NCBI GenBank assembly: GCA_963785915.1
Contig: CAWAWY010000005.1
Span: forward strand, 24,301 to 88,300
Direction of reading: 5' to 3'
Origin: an uncultured Chitinophagaceae bacterium
GTDB taxonomy: Bacteria > Bacteroidota > Bacteroidia > Chitinophagales > Chitinophagaceae
Length of the DNA stretch: 64,000 bases
The notes under the pieces are model-generated. The model ran no database searches. It was not told where the DNA came from and was given only the letters and a program-made list of their open reading frames with translations. Made by a program: the position numbers and the translations under genes. How positions within the stretch are numbered: position 1 is the stretch's first letter; every line of letters starts with the position of its first letter. Shown piece by piece: positions 52,314 to 60,346 of the stretch.

Positions 52314-53421
52314 CTATGCAATAGCTCCTCCGCAACTTGAGCCTGAACCGGCAGTGCATCCATAGCAATGTTGCCCGATAACGATCTCTCTTTTATCTAA
52401 TTCACAAGATCAAATTCACTGAAATGTTTTGCCCGGCTGTTTACTTTCAGTTCAAGCATTTGGTTAAAATCACAATCATATAAATAACCATCCCATCCAA
52501 TTGAAATTGTATTTCTGCACATCACATTTGCTGCCGCAGCAGGATTAAAAGCATTAAGCAGTTTTTCCATATACTTCTCATAATTACCGCTGGAAAGAAG
52601 TAATCAAGAAACCGGCTGATCGGCATGTTAGTAATCATGTAAAGATTGTTGAATTCAATCCCGAAATTTTTCAGCAGTTCTTTTTTATATTCTTTTTCCA
52701 GCAAAGCCTGCGATGTCGGCAAAAAAGCTCCCGCAGGATTATAAACCAAACTTAAGATCAAACCGGAATTTTCTTTTCCATAACCCACATCATTCAGCAT
52801 CTGCAATGCTTTTATGGAATGGTCAAATACGCCTTCGCCTCTTTGCCTGTCTGTTCTGTCCTTTGCGTATAAAAGGCAATGAAGAAATCACTTCAATATT
52901 ATTTTCTTTAAAAAATTCAGGAAGATCGTGAAAACGCTTATTTGATAAGAATGATCGTGAGGTTGCAGCGGTCAATGATGTGCCGATCCAGCTTTTTTAT
53001 TTCTTCAACAAACCAGCGAAATCGGGATTTAGCTCCGGTGCGCCGCCGGTAATATCAACAGTGGTAAAGGAGGATTTTTTTTCAGCACATCAAGGCACAA
53101 TTGCATCGTTTCTTTGGTCATGATCTCTTTGCGATCGGGCCCGGCATCTACATGGCAATGTTTGCATGTTTGATTGCACATTTTGCCAATGTTCACCTGG
53201 AATATTTCGATGGCAGATGGCTTTAGCGGAAACAAGCCGATCGTTTCCAATTTTTGCTGAAAAGGAACTAATGTAAAATTATTCGTTTGTCCATGCTCAA
53301 TAATTTCAACCTGTTCATGAACGTCAGCAAGAATATGTTGCTGGTGATGAAAAGACGTCCCTTCTCTCCATTGAGAAACAGAGGAAAATCCGTTTAATTT
53401 TTCCCGGTAACGATTTATCAT
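52314..53421 (-). pseudogene. arsS: ArsS-type radical SAM / Cys-rich domain protein, several frameshifts
   Basis: Fragments QVNIGKMCNQTCKHCHVDAGPDRKEIM, LSLVYNPAGAFLPTSQALLEKEYK, ITNMPISRF, MCRNTISIGWDGYLYDCDFNQ and LDKREIVIGQHCYGCTAGSGSSCGGAIA, followed by the stop. Confidence 0.8.
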
Positions 53422-53608
53422 CTTTCAATTCCATTTGTTCTACGGAGCAATTGCTCAATAGAATTGTTTTAGTACAAGTGTACGACGCAATGAAGGCCAA
53501 ATGGCAGCAATGCAGCTAAGTATATAATAAAAAAACTCACTGCCATAGAACTGATCGAAAAAAAGAAAATTTCTTTGACCTGAGTTCCCCTAAGGTGGAA
53601 ACAAAATC

Positions 53609-53943
53609 CTACATTGCAATTTCTTTCACCTTATTCATCATCTGCACGCCGTGCACCAATGAAGCGCCACCTCTTATGGCAGCCGCTACATGAATGCTTC
53701 CATCATCTGTGCTTCACTCCATCCTTTTTCAAAAGCATCATCACTGTAGGCATCAATGCAATAAGGACATTGAACAGCATGTGCCACAGCCAGAGCAATC
53801 AACGATTTTTCTTTTGCTGTAAGAGCACTTTCTTTAAAAACTTCATTGTACCATGAAAAAAATTTATCGCCTAATTCAGCCTGGAACTCGCTTACATTTC
53901 CGAATTTTTTCGAGTCGTCGCAGAAGTAATAGTGATTAGCCAT
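53609..53943 (-). pseudogene. AhpD/carboxymuconolactone decarboxylase-like protein (ArsS-associated peroxidase-like family by context), 1 frameshift
   Basis: MANHYYFC...LTAKEKSLIALAVAHAVQCPYCIDAY...EAF|HVAAAIRGGASLVHG. The junction lies near 53690-53695. Confidence 0.7.
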
Positions 53944-53949
53944 ATCTGT

Positions 53950-54523
53950 TTATTTAATTAATGGTACAAAAAAAGAACCAATCTTTCCAGAGAATGAGCC
54001 TGAGAAGGCGAGCGTGAAAAATATTGTGCAATAAACATCCCAAGTTCCCACTCGCAAATGGCTAATATTTATCACTGAAAAGCATGCTGATGCTTTTCTT
54101 TGCATATAGTGCAGAGGAACAATCAACCCTACAACGATTCCGTATACGAGATGGCCGATCAATGAACCAAGCATCATCAGAATTTTATCTCCGGCCATCG
54201 CTGGTATTGGCATCATCATTCCAATAAGCCACATCATGACTTGAGCAAACACAAAAACAACAAAACCGAACAACGCACCTTTCCAGAATTTGCTGTTGAT
54301 ATTTACTTTAGAATTGAACCAATAAACATACACCAGGGCAAAAATTGTCCCTATCATGAAATGCATGATATATCCCACTAATAGCAACTCCCATCATACC
54401 TGATAACATGGCTGCAGGGTTCATCTTAGGAAGACCCATTATTGGAGCCATTAAACCAACTCCTGTCATGACTGCGGTGGCTATTATACCGGCTAATACT
54501 GCCCTTCCGAATTTGTTTTCCAT
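53950..54523 (-). pseudogene. small polytopic membrane protein, unknown family, 1 frameshift
   Basis: ORF 54308-54523 and ORF 53950-54387 join as ..MLSGMMGVAI|GYIMHFMIGTIFALVY.. near 54375-54385. Confidence 0.55.
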
Positions 54524-54556
54524 AAATTTTTTTTTGATGAAAAATAGCTTTATGTA

Positions 54557-54586
54557 TTAGTCGCACATTTCATTCCACCCTGACAA
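54557..54586 (-). promoter_or_regulatory. candidate ECF-type promoter, copy 1
   Basis: The minus strand reads TTGTCAGG-N12-GTGCGACTAA, ending 34 nt before the membrane-protein start. Both boxes are identical in copy 2. Confidence 0.5.
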
Positions 54587-54650
54587 GCAGGGGTGACTTT
54601 TAATAATTTGAAAAAGGAAATAAAGGATAAACTGAAATTAGTTATCACAC

Positions 54651-54908
54651 TTAGAATTCCGGAACCTTCGAGATTATGTCCTTTTCAAGTTTCCCGGTAT
54701 CCACAATCTCTGAAAAATTGTTCATGTGGGTATTCAGCAATTTATTGATCAGCTTAGTCTGCTTCCTGTAGTTTCTGCAACCTGAACACATGGAAAGATG
54801 GAAATGCAACTGGAGCGTCTTTATGACGCCTAATGAAACATGTTCTTTCATTTCCAAAAGCTCTGTCGCCTTTATGCAAGACAACATCATTACATTCATC
54901 AGGTTCAT
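54651..54908 (-). CDS. short zinc-binding (HxxxCxxC) anti-sigma factor without TM segment
   Basis: 85 aa with the HLSMCSGC motif. Lies directly downstream of the ECF sigma gene. Confidence 0.55.
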   Translation of the reverse strand: MNLMNVMMLSCIKATELLEMKEHVSLGVIKTLQLHFHLSMCSGCRNYRKQTKLINKLLNTHMNNFSEIVDTGKLEKDIISKVPEF

Positions 54909-54950
54909 ATAAAATATTTAAGTATTCTGAAATCCCGATCACCGATTAGT

Positions 54951-54980
54951 TTAGTCGCACTATTACCTGGTTCCTGACAA
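54951..54980 (-). promoter_or_regulatory. candidate ECF-type promoter, copy 2
   Basis: The minus strand reads TTGTCAGG-N12-GTGCGACTAA, ending 43 nt before the anti-sigma start, in the sigma/anti-sigma spacer. Confidence 0.5.
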
Positions 54981-54996
54981 ATGATCCGATCACTTA

Positions 54997-55563
54997 TTAT
55001 TTAAACCAATTTACTTCCAGGCAATTTCTTAATTGCAATTTTGCCCGGTGTATGATCTGCCAGAAATTGGCACTTGTAATTTCCAAATCAGAGCAGATGA
55101 TCCTGGTGTCATGGTTTTCCAAAAATTTTAATTTAACTGCTAACGACCACTTTTCAGGAAGCTTATCAAAACATCCGTTCAGGGTCTTTGAAAATTCGGG
55201 ATCATCCAACAGCTCTTTTTCACCAGGCCATTCTTTCGGCCGGTACTCAGGTTTCCATCGGTAATTATTATCAAACAAGATTTCGATAAACCCGGAAGAT
55301 GGCTCCTCGCTTTTTTTATATTTTTCCCGGAAATAGTCTGCAATTTTATGTTTAAGGATCGAAAATAGCCATGTTCCTGGCGAGCTTTTGCCCTTGAAGT
55401 TTTTGTATGATTGACAGGCGGAGAGAAATGTTTCCTGCACCAGATCTTCTGCTATTTCTTTTTGATTCACTTTGGCAAGCGTATAGCGAAACATATCCCC
55501 GGTGTAGCTTTTCACCCATTCGATAATATCATTTGCAGAAGAAGACATCGTAGTTCCAGGCAA
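54997..55563 (-). CDS. ECF-type RNA polymerase sigma-70 factor
   Basis: 188 aa with region 2 (EDLVQETFLSA, WLFSILKHKIADYFR) and region 4 (ANFWQIIHRAKLQLRNCL). Confidence 0.8.
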   Translation of the reverse strand: MPGTTMSSSANDIIEWVKSYTGDMFRYTLAKVNQKEIAEDLVQETFLSACQSYKNFKGKSSPGTWLFSILKHKIADYFREKYKKSEEPSSGFIEILFDNNYRWKPEYRPKEWPGEKELLDDPEFSKTLNGCFDKLPEKWSLAVKLKFLENHDTRIICSDLEITSANFWQIIHRAKLQLRNCLEVNWFK

Positions 55564-55613
55564 AGATGAAGGTTTTTCAGTTTACTTGTGATGTCTGAGA
55601 CGATGCAGTTAGT

Positions 55614-55636
55614 TAAAAATCCGCAACAGGATTTCA
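55614..55636 (-). terminator. rho-independent terminator after the FNT gene
   Basis: The minus strand reads gaaatcc-tgttgc-ggattt followed by ttt. Confidence 0.65.
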
Positions 55637-55659
55637 ATGCGTCTTGAAGCTATGATGAA

Positions 55660-56514
55660 TCATTTCTTATCCGTCTGGTCTTCCATTTCCACTTCTTCCT
55701 CTTTCCCGCTGAATGCTGTATGACTATATTTGAGTATAGCAACGAATAGGACACCGCCGATAATGTTTCCAAGAGTGACAGCACTCATAAAATTCAAATA
55801 CTCTCCAAAAGAATTGTGACCGGAAAATAAACCTGCAGCCAATTCTATATTTCCCACAATGCAATGCGATAGACCCGCGAGGCCGATAGCTGCCGTAATG
55901 ATCCATATAATAAATAACTGGCTGATCGTTTCCCTTGCTGCTGCTACCAGCCACGCCAGCAAACCCATTAGCCAGCCTGCCAACGCGGCACTCAGCATTT
56001 GCGTGGTCCATGGACTGATAAGAATACTATTGCTGATCCGTGCCAGCGATGCTCCTTTTAAAAAATGAAGTGAGTCGGAAAAGTAGACAAGAATGAGTGC
56101 AAATATTAATCCGCCGATAATGTTGCTGAAATAAACGATTGCCCATAGACGCAATAACTTTTTTATGGAAGATAATCCCTGGAGCACGGGCAACACGGCT
56201 AGAGTAGTATGCTCCGTAAATAATTCCGATCTTCCCAGTACAACAAATATGAACCCGATGGGGTACATATTGGCAACGATGAATTGCACGACCGGGTCGG
56301 GGAAAATTCCAGTGAATAAGGTTAAGGTTACCGTCATCAGCAATACGGAAAAACCAATATCCAGGCCGGCTGAAATTCCTGATAACATCAAGCCAACCGG
56401 TGTACGATTCAATTGTGTTAAACCAGCTTCTTCTGTGTGCTTGAGAATAAGTTGCTGACTTTTTTGCGGCTTTGGCTCTGCCTGCTCTTTGGTATTTTTT
56501 TTCGATGATGCCAT
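55660..56514 (-). CDS. formate/nitrite transporter (FNT) family channel
   Basis: 284 aa with six TM segments and FNT-like motifs (GRSELFTEHT, LSHCIVGN). Confidence 0.8.
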   Translation of the reverse strand: MASSKKNTKEQAEPKPQKSQQLILKHTEEAGLTQLNRTPVGLMLSGISAGLDIGFSVLLMTVTLTLFTGIFPDPVVQFIVANMYPIGFIFVVLGRSELFTEHTTLAVLPVLQGLSSIKKLLRLWAIVYFSNIIGGLIFALILVYFSDSLHFLKGASLARISNSILISPWTTQMLSAALAGWLMGLLAWLVAAARETISQLFIIWIITAAIGLAGLSHCIVGNIELAAGLFSGHNSFGEYLNFMSAVTLGNIIGGVLFVAILKYSHTAFSGKEEEVEMEDQTDKK

Positions 56515-56588
56515 TACAGCTTCTTCAAAAGTTTAATGTCCCGCCAGATGACATCATCCCAGGAGAATTTAAAATTAATATCTCTGCC

Positions 56589-56855
56589 TTAATAGAATTC
56601 GGCCTCTAATTCAGGTTCCGGTTTTACGGGATATTCTTTGACTATCATATCTCTTATGGGACAGTAAGCAGTCACTCCACGAAAAAGTAAATAAGCGCCT
56701 GCTAATAATTCGACGCATGTCAGTATTGAGGGGTCCTTAAGGCCACGAATACCTGTGTAAAGTAAGGCGGCGCCAGCTCCGCCGGAAATAATTCTTTCTG
56801 CTTTTCCAACATTTTTTTCTTCTGTGAAGGAATCTGTCAATTTACCGTTTTCCAT
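56589..56855 (-). CDS. DUF2892 (YgaP-like) small membrane protein
   Basis: 88 aa containing GKAERIISGGAGAALL...GVTAYCPI. Confidence 0.6.
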   Translation of the reverse strand: MENGKLTDSFTEEKNVGKAERIISGGAGAALLYTGIRGLKDPSILTCVELLAGAYLLFRGVTAYCPIRDMIVKEYPVKPEPELEAEFY

Positions 56856-56904
56856 AAAATGCTTTTTATAAATTATACATCAATTATAGTGCAAAAGATA
56901 ATCT

Positions 56905-57984
56905 TCAGCATATCCGTGGCAACTGTTCGCCCGACAACATATCCACTACTCTTGTACCGCCGACTGCTGTCTTCATCATTACCATGCCGGGATGCCCGGT
57001 AACTATTTCCCCGATCACTGTTGATTCTTTTCCCAATGGGTGCGAACGCATCGCCTGCAAAACTTTTTTACAATTTTCTGCAGGCACGATCACGATCATC
57101 TTTCCTTCGTTGGCGACATATAGTGGATCAAGTCCTAAGATCTCGCAGGCGCCTTTCACTTCTTCACTGATCGGAATTTTTGTTTCTTCCAAATGAACTC
57201 CTAATCCGGATGACTCTGCGATCTCGGTCATCACGCTCGTAATGCCCCCTCTTGTTGCATCCCTCAACATGTGAATGTCTTTACTTGTATTCAGGATAGT
57301 CTGCACCAATCCGTTCAATGGAGCAGTATCGCTTTTTATTTCTGATTCAAATTCCAAATTTTCACGAACCGACATAATAGCAATACCATGAACAGCGATC
57401 GGGCCATTAACGATTATTTGGTCACCCGCTTTTACATTGGATGGATGAATGTTCACATCATCATCAATTATTCCCACCCCTGATGTGTTGATATAGATCT
57501 GGTCGCCTTTGCCCCTGTCAACCACTTTAGTATCTCCGGTTACTAATAATACGCCTGCTTTTTTTGCCGCGTTTTGCATGGACAATATCACCTTCCAGAA
57601 ATCTTCCATTGAGAAACCTTCCTCGATGATAAATCCAACAGACAAATACAACGGCTTTGCGCCGCACATGGAAATATCATTCACTGTTCCATTGATGGCG
57701 AGTTCACCGATATCACCACCGGGGAAAAATATCGGGTTGACGACATAGGAATCTGTACTGAATGCGAACCTTGCTCCGTTTTGTTCAAATATTGCTCCGT
57801 CGTGTAATGGTTCCAAAAACTCGTTGCCGAATTGTGGCAGCAGCATCTTTTTAATAAGATTATGCGTGAGCTTGCCGCCACTGCCATGGGCCAATGTTAC
57901 CTCCTTGTAATTAGTAATTGGCAAAGGACAGGAACCCAATAAAGTTTCAATATCAATTCCGTTATTTTTTTCTTCAATGATCAT
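56905..57984 (-). CDS. hypE: hydrogenase maturation protein HypE
   Basis: 359 aa with a PurM-like fold and the canonical C-terminal PRIC. Confidence 0.9.
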   Translation of the reverse strand: MIIEEKNNGIDIETLLGSCPLPITNYKEVTLAHGSGGKLTHNLIKKMLLPQFGNEFLEPLHDGAIFEQNGARFAFSTDSYVVNPIFFPGGDIGELAINGTVNDISMCGAKPLYLSVGFIIEEGFSMEDFWKVILSMQNAAKKAGVLLVTGDTKVVDRGKGDQIYINTSGVGIIDDDVNIHPSNVKAGDQIIVNGPIAVHGIAIMSVRENLEFESEIKSDTAPLNGLVQTILNTSKDIHMLRDATRGGITSVMTEIAESSGLGVHLEETKIPISEEVKGACEILGLDPLYVANEGKMIVIVPAENCKKVLQAMRSHPLGKESTVIGEIVTGHPGMVMMKTAVGGTRVVDMLSGEQLPRIC

Positions 57985-58125
57985 ATTTTATGTTTTACAC
58001 CCCTCGCTGCAACCGCAACGACTGCTCAGAGTAAACTGCGACGCTTGTCTACATGAACAGAACCCTGAACGGAGCGTCGCAACGAACGATGCCATGAAAA
58101 ACTTCGGCTGGCACCATAAAAAAAT

Positions 58126-58752
58126 TTACACAACATCTTCTTCGCCCATCGCAATATGAACGAGATCCCAAAGTATATGCACCATCGTCGCATGCACTTC
58201 CTGGATGCGATGAATGCTATACGACGGGACAATGAAACAATGATCGGCCACTTCAGGAAAACGTCCACCGTCTTTGCCGGCAAATGCTATCGTCATCAAA
58301 CCCTTGTCACGGGCAGCTTCCAGCGCATAGATCATGTTCGGCGATTTGCCGCTGGTGCTGAACGCCATCAGCATATCACCTCCTTTTCCATGCAGGTTGA
58401 TCTGATTCACATACACCCTTGTAAAATCAAGATCATTACCGATAGCGGTCATCGTTGCAATATCCGTCATCAACGGAACGACAGGAAACGCTCTTCGCTT
58501 TTCAATAATGGGATGATTAAACTCGACGGCAATATGCAACGCATCACAAAGACTGCCGCCATTGCCCATGACGAATAATTTTTTTCCTTCCTCAAACCGC
58601 CCGGCCATCTCCAGGCACATAGCTTCAGTTTCCTCAGCGTACCTGGAAAAAAATTTCTCTTTCATCTCCATGCTTTCATGGCATTTCCGCATGATCTTCT
58701 CTTTGAAACTTTCTGAAGCCTTTGTCAAAATTTCTTCCATAAAAAAATTCAT
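58126..58752 (-). CDS. SIS domain protein (GmhA/phosphoheptose isomerase-like)
   Basis: 208 aa containing [11 protein letters not shown] and STSGKSPN. Its start overlaps the hypD stop (ATGA). Confidence 0.75.
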   Translation of the reverse strand: MNFFMEEILTKASESFKEKIMRKCHESMEMKEKFFSRYAEETEAMCLEMAGRFEEGKKLFVMGNGGSLCDALHIAVEFNHPIIEKRRAFPVVPLMTDIATMTAIGNDLDFTRVYVNQINLHGKGGDMLMAFSTSGKSPNMIYALEAARDKGLMTIAFAGKDGGRFPEVADHCFIVPSYSIHRIQEVHATMVHILWDLVHIAMGEEDVV

Positions 58753-59864
58753 TCAACTGTGGCTAATTTATTTTTTTCTAAATGTCGCCCGTAAGCATAA
58801 TATGCTGCACAGGCACCTTCGGCAGAAACCATCGTTGCACCCAACGGATGTTCCGGCGTACATTCTTTGCCAAAAGCAGGACAATGATGCGGTTTTTTTA
58901 TTCCTTTCAAAATTTGTCCGCTGATACAGATTGATGGCTCTTTGGTATCAATTTCCGATACTTCAAAAATCCTTTCCGCATCGAAATCACGAAATTCAAA
59001 TCTTAATTTATAACCGCTCTTTGGTATTGACCCTACACCTCTCCATTTGCGATCGCTTACTTCAAAAACTTTATTTACCAGGTCTTGCGCAGTTTTATTT
59101 CCCGGCTCATCGACCACTCTTGAATATTGATTCTCCACTTCAGCTCTACCATGTTCGAGTTGCTTTACCGTCATCAATACGCCATGCAACAGATCCATTG
59201 GTTCAAAACCAGTGATAACGATAGGCACTTTGAATCTTTCGCAAATCGGTTTGTATTCGTGATAACCCATCACCGTGCAAACATGTCCCGGTCCTAAAAA
59301 TCCCTGGACACGATTTTGCGGCGATTGAAGAATAGAAGCCATCGCAGGTGGTACCAATACATGTGAAACAAGAATAGAAAAGTTTTTTATGTTTTGTTCT
59401 TTCGCAAGCCATACGCTCATGGCATTTGCCGGTGCGGTAGTTTCAAAGCCGATCGCAAAGAAGACAACTTTTTTATCCGGATTTGCTTTTGCAATTTTTA
59501 AACAATCAATGGGTGAATAAACAACTCTTATATCAGCGCCTCTCGATTTCAACACCAGCAGATCGCTTTGCGAACCCGGCACACGAAGCATATCACCGAA
59601 AGAACAAAAGATAACATCCTTGTGGCTGGCAATAGCGTGAGCTTTGTCAATCATCTCAAGCGATGTAACACATACGGGACAACCGGGGCCATGCACCAAT
59701 TCAATTTGCTCCGGCAGCATTCTGTCCAGACCATATTTCACAATGGAATGTGTTTGTCCGCCGCACACTTCCATGATGACCCATGGCTTTGTGACGATCC
59801 GTTCTATCTCACGCACTATTTTTTGAGCCAGTTCTTCGTCGCGATATTCATCAAGATATTTCAT
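58749..59864 (-). CDS. hypD: hydrogenase maturation protein HypD
   Basis: Start set at MKYLDEYRD. Motifs [14 protein letters not shown] and GFETTAP are present. A GGAGG lies 5 nt upstream of the start. Confidence 0.9.
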   Translation of the reverse strand: MKYLDEYRDEELAQKIVREIERIVTKPWVIMEVCGGQTHSIVKYGLDRMLPEQIELVHGPGCPVCVTSLEMIDKAHAIASHKDVIFCSFGDMLRVPGSQSDLLVLKSRGADIRVVYSPIDCLKIAKANPDKKVVFFAIGFETTAPANAMSVWLAKEQNIKNFSILVSHVLVPPAMASILQSPQNRVQGFLGPGHVCTVMGYHEYKPICERFKVPIVITGFEPMDLLHGVLMTVKQLEHGRAEVENQYSRVVDEPGNKTAQDLVNKVFEVSDRKWRGVGSIPKSGYKLRFEFRDFDAERIFEVSEIDTKEPSICISGQILKGIKKPHHCPAFGKECTPEHPLGATMVSAEGACAAYYAYGRHLEKNKLATVE

Positions 59865-60150
59865 CATTTCCTCCTTTGTGTTTTGCAATTGTTTCTTCAA
59901 CAAACTGAGGAATATTTAATTCATCTAATTGTTCCAGGTCCTCCAACGCCTTATAGGTTCTTTGTGCTTCGGCTTCATCCACTTTGTTTAATGCAAAGCC
60001 CACGTGCACCAATACATAGTCTCCCGGCTGCACATCCGGAGTATATTGCAAACAAACCTGTTTGACGATACCGCCAAAATTTGTTTTGCCCATTTTCACG
60101 CCATCCGTTTCGCTTATCTCAAGCACTTTCCCCGGTATTGCCAGGCACAT
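59851..60150 (-). CDS. hypC: hydrogenase maturation chaperone HypC
   Basis: Start set at [12 protein letters not shown] (essential Cys2). GGAGGTGATC lies immediately upstream. Confidence 0.85.
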   Translation of the reverse strand: MCLAIPGKVLEISETDGVKMGKTNFGGIVKQVCLQYTPDVQPGDYVLVHVGFALNKVDEAEAQRTYKALEDLEQLDELNIPQFVEETIAKHKGGNDEIS

Positions 60151-60346
60151 GATCACCTCCTTTTTTATGATTTATCATTTTACTGATGGGCACACCATCG
60201 CATAACAGTATCTTATCGCCAATATCCGCATCAGGCAATAACAACAATGGAACAACTTTCAGTACACCATTAATATTTACTTTACCCATGCGTTGCCCAT
60301 TGTCTGTAAAAACTTTTATTATGTCTGCATAAACAAGATTCATCAC
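60119..60346 (-). CDS. HypC/HupF-like paralogue lacking the N-terminal cysteine
   Basis: 75 aa that aligns by eye to HypC (GQRMGKVNINGVLKVVPLLLLPDADIGDKILL versus [32 protein letters not shown]). It begins MMNLVYADI rather than MCL. Confidence 0.55.
   Translation of the reverse strand: MMNLVYADIIKVFTDNGQRMGKVNINGVLKVVPLLLLPDADIGDKILLCDGVPISKMINHKKGGDHVPGNTGESA

Noticed and set aside
52314-52400. Possible selenocysteine (TGA) in the Cys-rich C-terminus of the ArsS-type protein.
   Set aside because: The motif is encoded with ordinary Cys codons (HCYGCTAGSGSSCGG) and ends at a TAG. No in-frame TGA is needed.
46553-55563. The ArsS cluster as a genomic island integrated at the 3' end of tRNA-Arg.
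   Set aside because: There is no integrase, recombinase or transposase. By eye I could not find a direct repeat of the tRNA 3' end downstream. The duplicated tRNA part is the 5' half, which fits a local tandem duplication rather than att sites.
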